From: Candidatus Bathyarchaeota archaeon
GTDB lineage: Archaea > Thermoproteota > Bathyarchaeia > 40CM-2-53-6
Assembly (NCBI GenBank): GCA_963833125.1
Contig: CAWHWX010000018.1
Coordinates: 64,001-128,000, forward strand
Direction: 5' to 3'
DNA: 64,000 nucleotides
Numbering within the stretch: position 1 is the first letter of the stretch; every line of letters begins with the position of its first letter. The notes under the pieces were generated by a model. The model did not search any database. It worked only from the letters and a program-made list of their open reading frames with translations, and was not told where the DNA came from. Shown here piece by piece: positions 54,861 through 62,924 of this stretch. The translations under genes and the position numbers were made by a program.

Positions 54861-54971
54861 ATGAACAAGGACCTATCGAACTGGCTTAGAAAAAGGATGA
54901 CGCAAATAGATGAACGGGTTACAGAGCTCAAAGTGCGCATCCTAGATGGAGATGAGGTCAATGGCTGCTGA
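54861..54971 (+). CDS. 36-aa coiled-coil microprotein resembling the N-terminal helix of the downstream regulator (not in the ORF track)
   Basis: MNKDLSNWLRKRMTQIDERVTELKVRILDGDEVNGC; TTTTAAA box about 33 nt upstream; overlaps the next start. Confidence 0.65.
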   Translation: MNKDLSNWLRKRMTQIDERVTELKVRILDGDEVNGC

Positions 54972-55317
54972 CGATGAGCTGAAGAAATGGCTTGAATCAA
55001 GATTCTCAAAGATAGATCAACGCATCGGCAAACTGGAACAGACAATCGCCGAAAGCAAGCAACCTAGAATCCGCATAGCTTGGTACAGAACCCTGCTAGG
55101 CATGACTGAATTAGGCGGGAAAGCCGGAACCGAGAAACTCGCAGATCACTTAGGCATAAGCAGGAGCGTAATCAGCGAATACCTAAACCGAATGGAAGAG
55201 GAAGGCATCGTAAAACGCGATTTCAACGAGGACACAAAGGAAACCTCGCGCTACATCTGGCAAATCGATTGGGAAACATTGCCACCAGAAATCGCATCCC
55301 GACTCAGAAAAAAATGA
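54961..55317 (+). CDS. coiled-coil plus winged-helix transcriptional regulator
   Basis: TEKLADHLGISRSVISEYLNRMEEEGIVKR; SD-like GGAGATGA 5 nt before the ATG. Confidence 0.82.
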   Translation: MAADDELKKWLESRFSKIDQRIGKLEQTIAESKQPRIRIAWYRTLLGMTELGGKAGTEKLADHLGISRSVISEYLNRMEEEGIVKRDFNEDTKETSRYIWQIDWETLPPEIASRLRKK

Positions 55318-55390
55318 GTACGGCTAGAGGCAAATTACACTAAGAACGAGTGAAAACTAAGTACCCTCGCTAAGAGGGCGCTGTTTCTCT

Positions 55391-56527
55391 TCAGGGGATT
55401 ATTGGGATGCGGTAGAAGCTGGAGAGAAATGGCCTCATTGATCTTGAAATGTCGTCCACGTCGCAATCCACACAAGACGGATCCAAGCGCAAAGGTATTC
55501 TCTTACTCCCATCTGCCAGCTCAACCTCGAGCAAAGCGTGACCCGGAAGTTTCCGTTTCTCACGTGTAGTTGCATCAGCGTATGTTCCTGGGGGGAGGAT
55601 GAGGAAGTGCATTCGTCTGAACGCGAGGCTGGCCAGCATGGAAGCCAATAGAACGACCTTACAGTCGCAGTCGCCTCCCGTTTTCATGGTTTCCCAAGGC
55701 CATCTAACGTATTCACCGAATGACTCGCCTTTGTAGATCACTTTGTCGCGGGAATATTCGAAGACGAGCGTAAGAAGCCTAAGCTGATCCTGGAACGATA
55801 GTTCTTGCGCATCTTGCGGCTTTTCTCCTCCAAGTGCAACCGCACCTATGGTCGTGGTCAGCTCGTCTACGACCGAATATTCGGGGTGATCCTTCGCTTC
55901 GACTACTCTGTTTAGCATCGTCAAGGCCACTTTCATTGTGCGCGGATCAAGAATTTGCTGGGGTTCAAGTTCTTCGACCAACACCTGTTTGGCACCGCAG
56001 TAGCGGCAGTAGGGTTCGTCGGCCCCTATTGTCTTGTTACAGGTGTGGCAATTACGCATCCGTTCCACGAAGGCCGTTTCTTCTTTCTTAATGAGTCCTC
56101 TCTGCTGTAGTCGGGTGAGAGAGTCGATGAGTTGTTCCGTGGTTACGTTCAGATCAGTGGAAGTCCTTCGTATCGATATTCCACCATGATGATCCTCCAA
56201 ATACTTGAGCACGTGGCCGTCCATGTCGGATGATTCCGTTGTATCGAGCATGCGTACGTTTATTGTAGGGCCAGGTTTGCCGGCTTGAGTAACCTGTCTG
56301 CTTTCCACTCCGACATAGGGCAGGGAGGCCTTAGACGTAGTTTCGATGGACGGTTCCGGTGGTATGAGTGACTTGCCACAGTTGTGGCAGAACTCTGATG
56401 ATGCTAGATTAATGGCCTTACAGGTCGAACATGTAGTGAGCCGCTGGCCGCATACGCCGCAATATGCTTGCCTTTGCCGGGCTGCGGTGCCACATTGCGG
56501 GCATTTCTGTGTGTTCTGTTGGGCCAT
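55391..56527 (-). CDS. double zinc ribbon / wHTH / zinc ribbon / transglutaminase-like protein
   Basis: Six CxxC motifs; wHTH-like VLKYL...LIDSLTRLQQRGLI; triad GGDCDC, GHALLEV, LDP. Confidence 0.75.
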   Translation of the reverse strand: MAQQNTQKCPQCGTAARQRQAYCGVCGQRLTTCSTCKAINLASSEFCHNCGKSLIPPEPSIETTSKASLPYVGVESRQVTQAGKPGPTINVRMLDTTESSDMDGHVLKYLEDHHGGISIRRTSTDLNVTTEQLIDSLTRLQQRGLIKKEETAFVERMRNCHTCNKTIGADEPYCRYCGAKQVLVEELEPQQILDPRTMKVALTMLNRVVEAKDHPEYSVVDELTTTIGAVALGGEKPQDAQELSFQDQLRLLTLVFEYSRDKVIYKGESFGEYVRWPWETMKTGGDCDCKVVLLASMLASLAFRRMHFLILPPGTYADATTREKRKLPGHALLEVELADGSKRIPLRLDPSCVDCDVDDISRSMRPFLSSFYRIPIIP

Positions 56528-56632
56528 GCTGTAACGCCAGTGTATTCCAGAGTTGCATACAGCCGCCCCCACGGAAATGTAATGCTTTCGGGTTCACCGA
56601 ATTAATCCACTGCGCTGGATGGAGCGTCCTGA

Positions 56633-56950
56633 TTACAGATGAAGGAGCATGGCGGCGGTAGCGATTGCGGTAAGGATGCTGAGGTATATGGCTCCGCGAA
56701 CCTTCTCCTCCTTGATTGAGTTCAGGAAGCAGACGCGTTGTGATTTCACTATTGTCTTGGTGAGATGTGTGGCTATGAAGCCAACTCCGCCGCCTATGAC
56801 GAAAACGATTGTTGTGTAAACGGTCGGGGAGAGTTCTCTGATGAAGACTGGCATGGCTCCGTATGTGAGCGCCATTTCTACTCCCATCGCTACGGCTGTG
56901 AATACTTGTTGTCTGGCGGTTGCCAGAAGGGATGAGGTTATTCGTTCCAT
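56633..56950 (-). CDS. hypothetical three-TM membrane protein
   Basis: Three hydrophobic segments; GGAG before the ATG; own TATA box. Confidence 0.6.
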   Translation of the reverse strand: MERITSSLLATARQQVFTAVAMGVEMALTYGAMPVFIRELSPTVYTTIVFVIGGGVGFIATHLTKTIVKSQRVCFLNSIKEEKVRGAIYLSILTAIATAAMLLHL

Positions 56951-57006
56951 TATATGTGTCTCCTATGTCGATATACGTCTAGACACATTAGACACACGCC
57001 TTTATA
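56948..57006 (-). promoter_or_regulatory. promoter B (TATA box, tandem GTGTCTA, TATCGACA)
   Basis: Minus-strand TATAAA-N27-TATCGACA...ATAATGG. Confidence 0.55.
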
Positions 57007-57285
57007 ACAATGTCGCTCGAATTACGATATATTCAGAGTTCGAAGTCTTGGACTTCAGATAGGAAGCTGCCGACTCAAGGAATGAGTCAGCTCTTATCCC
57101 GGTGAGACTTGATTCAATATTGGAATACATTTCGCAATTATCGCAGGCAGCTGATTCATGTTCCTAGGGTATTGACGACGCCCGTCTCTTGCTATTCATT
57201 GACGTGGGTGCGACGAAAGTCAGAGCTTCTCACAGGAAAAAGGCTTAATTCAACGCGGGCAGCACAACGGATTTTGCCCAGGAAC

Positions 57286-57436
57286 GCCGAGGTAGCTCAG
57301 CCTGGGAGAGCACCCGACTTAACCAATAAGGGTGAAGCTGAAGACCGGGTTGACCACTCCAACCGATGGATGGGCCCAGTCGACAGATTCAAACGGAACG
57401 CGAAAAACGTTCCTGAAATTCCCGCCCTCGGCACCA
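57286..57436 (+). tRNA. tRNA-Phe(GAA) with three introns (57317-57336, 57353-57379, 57394-57419); T-stem 5' strand mismatched
   Basis: GCCGAGG/CCTCGGC acceptor, D-arm GCTC/GAGC, spliced anticodon arm CCCGG-CTGAAGA-CCGGG, BHB-like junctions, CCA. Confidence 0.85.
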
Positions 57437-57592
57437 AGAACCTCAGGCTCGTTGTAAAGGTAATTGCGATTATCGAAAATCGTGATTGCGTTCTGATTGG
57501 CTGCTTGATTCCAAAAGGCCTTCCATGCCCTATTGACAATACCACAAGAATGCTTTAATTGGATTCAGCCAGTTAACGGTAGGGGCACTAAG

Positions 57593-58072
57593 TTGACATC
57601 CGAAATCACAGTACGCCAACTGATGCGAACGATCATTTCGATAGATTCTAAAGCCAAGGCGCGAGAAGCCGCAAGATTAATGGTGGAAAAACGGATCGGT
57701 TCCTTGATAGCCAATAGAGACGGCTTGCCCTTTGGAATAGTCACCGAAAGGGACTTGGTGGACAAGATAGTGGCCGGAGCCGCTGATCCATCGAAAGTTA
57801 CCGTTGCAGAGATGATGACTGCGCCCTTGGTCACGATTGATGCTGCGGCTCCGCTAATTGACGCGGCTCGCAGGATGGTGGAAAAGCAGGTGAAAAGGCT
57901 GGTCGTTACCGAACACGATAAGATAATTGGAATAGTGAGTCAAACAGATCTTGTTCAGAGTATGACTGATTTCCAGAAATTAGCCAAGATGGGTATGGCT
58001 TCAGGATCCGCTAAGCAACCAGCCGCACGGATTTTCCGGACCTTCTCATCGGTTATCAGCTTCTTTACGTGA
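57593..58072 (+). CDS. CBS domain pair protein
   Basis: GIVTERDL and GIVSQTDL CBS repeats. Confidence 0.88.
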   Translation: MTSEITVRQLMRTIISIDSKAKAREAARLMVEKRIGSLIANRDGLPFGIVTERDLVDKIVAGAADPSKVTVAEMMTAPLVTIDAAAPLIDAARRMVEKQVKRLVVTEHDKIIGIVSQTDLVQSMTDFQKLAKMGMASGSAKQPAARIFRTFSSVISFFT

Positions 58073-58790
58073 TACCTGCAAGATGCAAAAGGCCGGGCAG
58101 CAGTGTTCCCAGAAGGTATCCTGCTGTTCCAGAGAATGCCCCAATGATCATCACCTCTATCCCACCTTTCAGCATGTTTCCACTCGCAACCTTCGATTTG
58201 TACACTCCAAGCCCGAACAGGGCGGCGACGGTCAATCCAATTGAAACGAAAAGTGCGTTGTGTAAGGAGAGTATCGTATAGGGTACGATGGGAAACAGAG
58301 AACCAAAGAGGTAGGAGATGCCCATGACAAGCGCATCCTTCCTCTCGTTGTGAACCCGCTCGAGCGAGACACCTAACTCTTTCTCAACCATGGTTCTGAT
58401 CCAAGATTTCTTGGATGTGGTTATGAGTTGGGCCACCTTTTTGGCATTGGTCGAAGAGAGTCCTTCACTGTGAAAGAATACTTCAATCTCCTTTTTCTCA
58501 TGGGCCGGCACTCTTTCAATTTCCTTAGTCTCCTTATCAATTGCAGCCTGCTGAACTTCTCGTTCTGCTTTCGAGGAAAGATATGCACCTACTCCCATTG
58601 CGATTGAACCTGCAAATGCTTCTGCGAGACCCGCTATCAAGACGTAGAAATTGCTGGTTGTGGCCCCAGCCACTCCCGATACCACACCCAGCGGTACCAG
58701 AAGCCCGTCCTCAGCACCAAAAACAACTTCTCTTATTTGCGATGATCTGGCAACTTTCTTCTTCTCATCGAAGAGTTTCTTCTTGTTCAA
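58065..58790 (-). CDS. VIT1/CCC1 family Fe/Mn transporter
   Basis: REVVFGAEDGL, AGSIAMGVGAYLS, MVEKELG. Confidence 0.9.
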   Translation of the reverse strand: MNKKKLFDEKKKVARSSQIREVVFGAEDGLLVPLGVVSGVAGATTSNFYVLIAGLAEAFAGSIAMGVGAYLSSKAEREVQQAAIDKETKEIERVPAHEKKEIEVFFHSEGLSSTNAKKVAQLITTSKKSWIRTMVEKELGVSLERVHNERKDALVMGISYLFGSLFPIVPYTILSLHNALFVSIGLTVAALFGLGVYKSKVASGNMLKGGIEVMIIGAFSGTAGYLLGTLLPGLLHLAGIT

Positions 58791-59010
58791 GATTAAGATG
58801 TCACCAAATCATAGTTAGCTCTGGGGATGCAAGTCGATTATGCTCTGGTATAAGTCGCCCTTGTGGTTGTCATCCTCGAATACTGACTAAGAGTCTGGTG
58901 GAATACCGGATTGAGAATGCAGAATTTTGACCGGTAGTAAGTCACGCGTACGGTTACGTGAGTTGTCTCTGTTCATCACTCAGTCGGACGCACGGTTTTG
59001 ACAATTGTGA

Positions 59011-59403
59011 CTAGTGCTTCAACAGTTCCAAAACTTTCTTTTCGATCTCCGATGAGATCCTTCTGACCTGGTCGATTCCTTTTCCTTTAGGATCTTCGAT
59101 CTGCCAATCTACAAGCTTCTTCTGCATTTCCCGAACTAATGGTGAGGGGCAGACCTCCTGAACAGAGCACCCCATCGTAATAACTAGGTCAGACTCGGAG
59201 ATCATTTGTTGCGTCAGAACTTTCGGCCTTCCAGGAACAGATATGCCCCTCTCCGTCATCACTTGAGCCACAACTGGGTTTACCTTCTCCGCAGGTACGG
59301 TACCTGCGCTTGAGGCGTCCAAGCCGTATGCTCTTGCGAAGCCTTCAGCCATTTTGCTTCTACCCGCATTCTCGATGCAGACGAAGAGGACGCGTTTCGT
59401 CAA
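59011..59403 (-). CDS. arsC: arsenate reductase, LMW-PTP type
   Basis: VLFVCIENAGRSKMAE, SAGT, TMGC, DWQIEDP. Confidence 0.88.
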   Translation of the reverse strand: MTKRVLFVCIENAGRSKMAEGFARAYGLDASSAGTVPAEKVNPVVAQVMTERGISVPGRPKVLTQQMISESDLVITMGCSVQEVCPSPLVREMQKKLVDWQIEDPKGKGIDQVRRISSEIEKKVLELLKH

Positions 59404-59798
59404 ACTAGATCCTCCATCAACTCGAAACTCTTGGTGAGCCACGCCTTGATCTTTGGATTGGATATTCGGTAGAATACCCATTTTCCGTTGCGCCTGGAAC
59501 TCAGAACACCTACTCTCTCTAGTATTCCGAGATGGTGCGAGGTAGTTGGTTGTGTTAAGTCCAGCGCAGCCATAACTTCACATGAACATAATTCCTCGTC
59601 GCCTATGATTTTCAGAATCTTCAATCTTGTTACGTCACCTAATGATGAGAAGCATGTTTCATATTCTCGGAATTTGCGATCATCAAAGTCAAGTTTGGCT
59701 TTCAGTTCGTTAATGCGTTCGGTTGGTGTGCAGGTAGTATCCACTAAGCCTAATGTTACTAGGCGTTTGACTCGAGCTTGGGCGATGACGGAACTCAA
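59400..59798 (-). CDS. arsR: ArsR family metalloregulator
   Basis: LGDVTRLKIL, ELCSCE, QPTTSHHL, GKWVFY. Confidence 0.9.
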   Translation of the reverse strand: MSSVIAQARVKRLVTLGLVDTTCTPTERINELKAKLDFDDRKFREYETCFSSLGDVTRLKILKIIGDEELCSCEVMAALDLTQPTTSHHLGILERVGVLSSRRNGKWVFYRISNPKIKAWLTKSFELMEDLV

Positions 59799-59822
59799 GT
59801 TGATCAGGAGTAAAGATTATAT

Positions 59823-59842
59823 TAACATTCTTAAATATGTTA
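59823..59842. promoter_or_regulatory. candidate ArsR operator in the divergent promoter
   Basis: Inverted repeat TAACAT-N8-ATGTTA over the AT-rich region between arsR and arsM. Confidence 0.4.
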
Positions 59843-59868
59843 CTTCGTATTCTAAGAGCTGAAGAAGC

Positions 59869-60603
59869 ATGGCGCTGAACGAGGAACAAATCAAGAATGC
59901 CGTTAGGGAAAGATACAGCAAACTAGCGGTACTGAATGAATCCTGCTGCGCAGACGAGAGTGCAACCTGTTGCAGTACATCGGCAACTGAAACTGATCTC
60001 CCCGAAGAGGCGGCTCAAGTTGTCGCCAGCTGTGGAAGCCCTCTAACCCACGTACAAGTCCGCGAAGGCGAAACCGTGCTAGACTTGGGCAGCGGCGGGG
60101 GTGTCGACGTGTTTCGTGCTTCGAAACTTGTCGGGGCGAAGGGGAGAGTTATTGGTCTTGATGCAACGCCCGAGATGATTTTCAGAGCCCGTGAAACCGC
60201 CAAGAAGTATGATTACCAGAACGTTGAGTTTCGATTAGGTGAGATCGAGCACATGCCCATTGAAGGCAATTCGGTGGATCTAGTCATAAGCAACTGCGTC
60301 CTGAACTTGGTCCCGGACAAGCAGTCAGCATTCCGTGAGATTTACCGTGTTCTCAAATCCGGTGGCAGAATCTCTGTGTCGGACATGGTGGCGACGAAGG
60401 AAAGTCGAAAGGAGGTTAACCCGGAAGAGTGGGCGGGATGCATCGCGGGCGCGGTCACCTTCAACGAGTATAGAGGTCTACTGGAAGCGTCAGGATTCAT
60501 AGGCATCGAAGGATCGGATGAGCCACACCCCATAAACGACGAAATGACCTCGAAAGGGCTCCAAGTGAAAAGCGTGGCATGGAAGGCTACGAAGCCTACC
60601 TAA
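59869..60603 (+). CDS. arsM: arsenite S-adenosylmethionine methyltransferase
   Basis: N-terminal CC pairs, SCGSP, VLDLGSGGGVD, VISNCVLNL, WAGCIAGA. Confidence 0.9.
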   Translation: MALNEEQIKNAVRERYSKLAVLNESCCADESATCCSTSATETDLPEEAAQVVASCGSPLTHVQVREGETVLDLGSGGGVDVFRASKLVGAKGRVIGLDATPEMIFRARETAKKYDYQNVEFRLGEIEHMPIEGNSVDLVISNCVLNLVPDKQSAFREIYRVLKSGGRISVSDMVATKESRKEVNPEEWAGCIAGAVTFNEYRGLLEASGFIGIEGSDEPHPINDEMTSKGLQVKSVAWKATKPT

Positions 60604-60654
60604 CCAACTCCACTCGAATACTAACGCACGAATCGGTGATCCGAGGCGGCACTG

Positions 60655-61740
60655 ATGACGCAGCGGCTTTCGGTTTTAGATAGATTCCTTACCTTGTGGA
60701 TTTTTCTAGCGATGGCTATCGGCGTGGGCGCAGGTATCGTTTTTCCACAGCTCCCGAAGCTTCTCGAGACGTTGAGTGTAGGCACAATTTCGCTGCCAAT
60801 AGCAGTCGGCCTGCTCTGGATGATGTACCCGCCTTTAGCTCGTGTGAAGTACGATGAGCTCTCGAAGGTGAGAAAGGCATGGAAGATGTTCGGGGTCTCC
60901 CTGTTCCAGAATTGGTTGGTTGGCCCTTTCTTGATGTTCGGTCTGGCATGGCTGTTCCTACCAGACATGCCGGAATACCGGATTGGAATAATCATCGTAG
61001 GGTTGGCCAGGTGTATCGCCATGGTCCTAGTATGGAATATGCTCGCAGAAGGCGACAACGAGCACGCCGCCGTTCTAGTCGCCCTAAACTCCATCTTCCA
61101 GGTCGCACTTTATTCCGTTTACGCGTGGTTCTTCATCACACTCCTATCCTCATGGGTAGCGCATGGCTCCGGGGTAACCGTGGTCATTTCCGTTTGGGAC
61201 ATTGCCCGAACGGTCTTCATCTATCTCGGCATACCATTCATTGCGGGAATTGTGACTAGATTTGTGCTTGTGCGGAAGAAGGGAAAGGATTGGTACGATG
61301 GAACATTCGTTGAAAAGTTGAGCCCAACAGCATTGATCGGGTTGCTATTCACAATCGTGGTAATGTTCTCTCTAAAAGGAGGTTACATCCTCGCTTTACC
61401 ATGGGATGTGGTGAGAATCGCAATACCTCTCGTAAGCTATTTCCTCATTATGTTCACACTATCCTTCATCATTTCTAAGGCCTGGAAATTCAATTACCCA
61501 GAAACAGCCACCCTCTCCTTCACCGCGGCCAGCAACAACTTTGAACTCGCCATAGCAGTTGCAGTCGGTGTTTTCGGGATTAATTCTGGGGAAGCATTCG
61601 CCGCAGTGATTGGGCCACTCTTCGAAGTCCCCGTACTCATAGGCTTAGTCAACGTGGCACTTTGGGCAAGGAAGCGCTTCTTCATCGAAGAACAGACCGC
61701 AACAGCCACAACACAAGTAACGAGTCTAAAACACCGATAA
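60655..61740 (+). CDS. acr3: ACR3 family arsenite efflux transporter
   Basis: [45 protein letters not shown]. Confidence 0.95.
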   Translation: MTQRLSVLDRFLTLWIFLAMAIGVGAGIVFPQLPKLLETLSVGTISLPIAVGLLWMMYPPLARVKYDELSKVRKAWKMFGVSLFQNWLVGPFLMFGLAWLFLPDMPEYRIGIIIVGLARCIAMVLVWNMLAEGDNEHAAVLVALNSIFQVALYSVYAWFFITLLSSWVAHGSGVTVVISVWDIARTVFIYLGIPFIAGIVTRFVLVRKKGKDWYDGTFVEKLSPTALIGLLFTIVVMFSLKGGYILALPWDVVRIAIPLVSYFLIMFTLSFIISKAWKFNYPETATLSFTAASNNFELAIAVAVGVFGINSGEAFAAVIGPLFEVPVLIGLVNVALWARKRFFIEEQTATATTQVTSLKHR

Positions 61741-61836
61741 CAACATACGACAAGTTCACAGAATATTCGAGCCTCGAGATGCAGGATATCCAGAAAGCAC
61801 TTTATGTAGTTCCTATAGCCTACGATTGCTTCGGTT

Positions 61837-61996
61837 GCGGCCGTAGTCTAGAAGGCCAACAGTAAAGGCCTGGATACCCTGGTCTAGGACGGGAACAGCA
61901 GAGAACATCTGCTGGCGCAAGCCTGCCACGCTTCTGATCGCCCGCACAGAAAACGGGCGAGAAGACGCCCGGGTTCAAATCCCGGCGGCCGCACCA
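61837..61996 (+). tRNA. tRNA-Gly(GCC) with three introns (61852-61877, 61895-61920, 61937-61966)
   Basis: GCGGCCG/CGGCCGC acceptor, spliced arms GTCT/GGAC, GGAGC-CTGCCAC-GCTTC and CCGGG-TTCAAAT-CCCGG, CCA; each intron has an internal hairpin. Confidence 0.9.
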
Positions 61997-62041
61997 CCAG
62001 ACCCACACACACTTTCAGGACGAACGACGACGTACGACGAT

Positions 62042-62082
62042 GGTTCAAATTTGGTTGCTCGCACGATTAGACGCACACACAC
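62042..62082 (+). repeat. degenerate copy of the tRNA-Gly 3' end plus CACACACAC tail
   Basis: GGTTCAA-N11-CGCAC-N4-AGA with the same spacing as 61972-62001. Confidence 0.55.
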
Positions 62083-62125
62083 ATTAAAACCAAAAACTAG
62101 AACTTCTGGTCTCCTAGCATGACCT

Positions 62126-62837
62126 ATGACTCGTTTGCCGCGCATTTCAATAATCGAGGGTCTACTCAACGGACCAGTACCTCCTGGGTCAAATTTCTTG
62201 GGTAAAATTTGACCCCTTTTTCACAATGGTACAATGCTGCTTTAACAATCGCCGCGGGATGGCTCAATACCCACGGAAAAGTCACCTATCTTCTATCCTC
62301 AAGGGCCCCCGATGACATACGCGCGCAACTCACAAGACTCGGCATCGACGTGCCACAGTCCGAGACAAATGAAACGCTTCGAATATGGGACGTGATACTT
62401 ACAATGCTTGGTATCAAGTCCCGCGAAAAATACAAACTTGAATCGATGAACGTTGCGGACTTACGGATATGGGCTGCAAAGGAGTTTATGCATCAACCCC
62501 CGTCTCCCGACCTCATGTACGTCACGGAAAAGTCATCAGTCCTGGCGAGATACAACGATGAGAAAAGTTGGGTCGACTACACACTGACCAAAATACTTCC
62601 CGCCGTCTCAATGACAAAAGCCATGAACATTCGAGGTATCACGGTCGGCGTTCATAGCGATTCAGCCTACAAGCAACTCGAAGCTGCCTTCGATGGAATA
62701 ATCGACGTTAAGGTCGAGAAATGGCAGGTGAACTTCACAACATCATAAGAGTTAGGAAAATGTTGAACGTAAAGTTCGACTCCCGATGGCACAAACTCAG
62801 AGTGAACGATAACTTCGAGGTAACACTCGGAGAATAG
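62126..62837 (+). CDS. RAD55/KaiC-like RecA-fold protein with degenerate Walker A (frameshifts near 62200 and 62720)
   Basis: IIEGLLNGPVPPGSN...FDPFSQW, GVHSD...LEAAFDGIIDVK, shifted C-terminus IIRVRKMLNVKFDSRWH. Confidence 0.7.
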
Positions 62838-62851
62838 TTAGTTCTTGGGCG

Positions 62852-62903
62852 CACACACACAGACCAGAACGACGGTTCAATTTGCGATGCGCGCACCGTC
62901 AGA
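62852..62903 (+). repeat. second degenerate copy of the tRNA-Gly 3' end with upstream CACACACAC...GAACGAC
   Basis: GGTTCAA-N11-CGCAC-N4-AGA at 62874-62903. Confidence 0.55.
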
Positions 62904-62924
62904 ACCAATATTAGAGTTTGCGAA

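Noticed and set aside
57109-57558. 149-aa ORF and its antisense partner
   Set aside because: Overlap the intron-containing tRNA-Phe.
6580-61709. Numerous long antisense or alternate-frame ORFs inside identified genes
   Set aside because: Shadows of well-supported genes with no independent motifs.
61662-62169. Short ORFs around tRNA-Gly
   Set aside because: Overlap the tRNA gene and repeats.
62841-62905. Integron attC interpretation of the imperfect hairpin (GTTCT...AGAAC)
   Set aside because: No clear RYYYAAC/GTTRRRY box arrangement and no integrase in the window; similarity to the tRNA 3' end explains it better.
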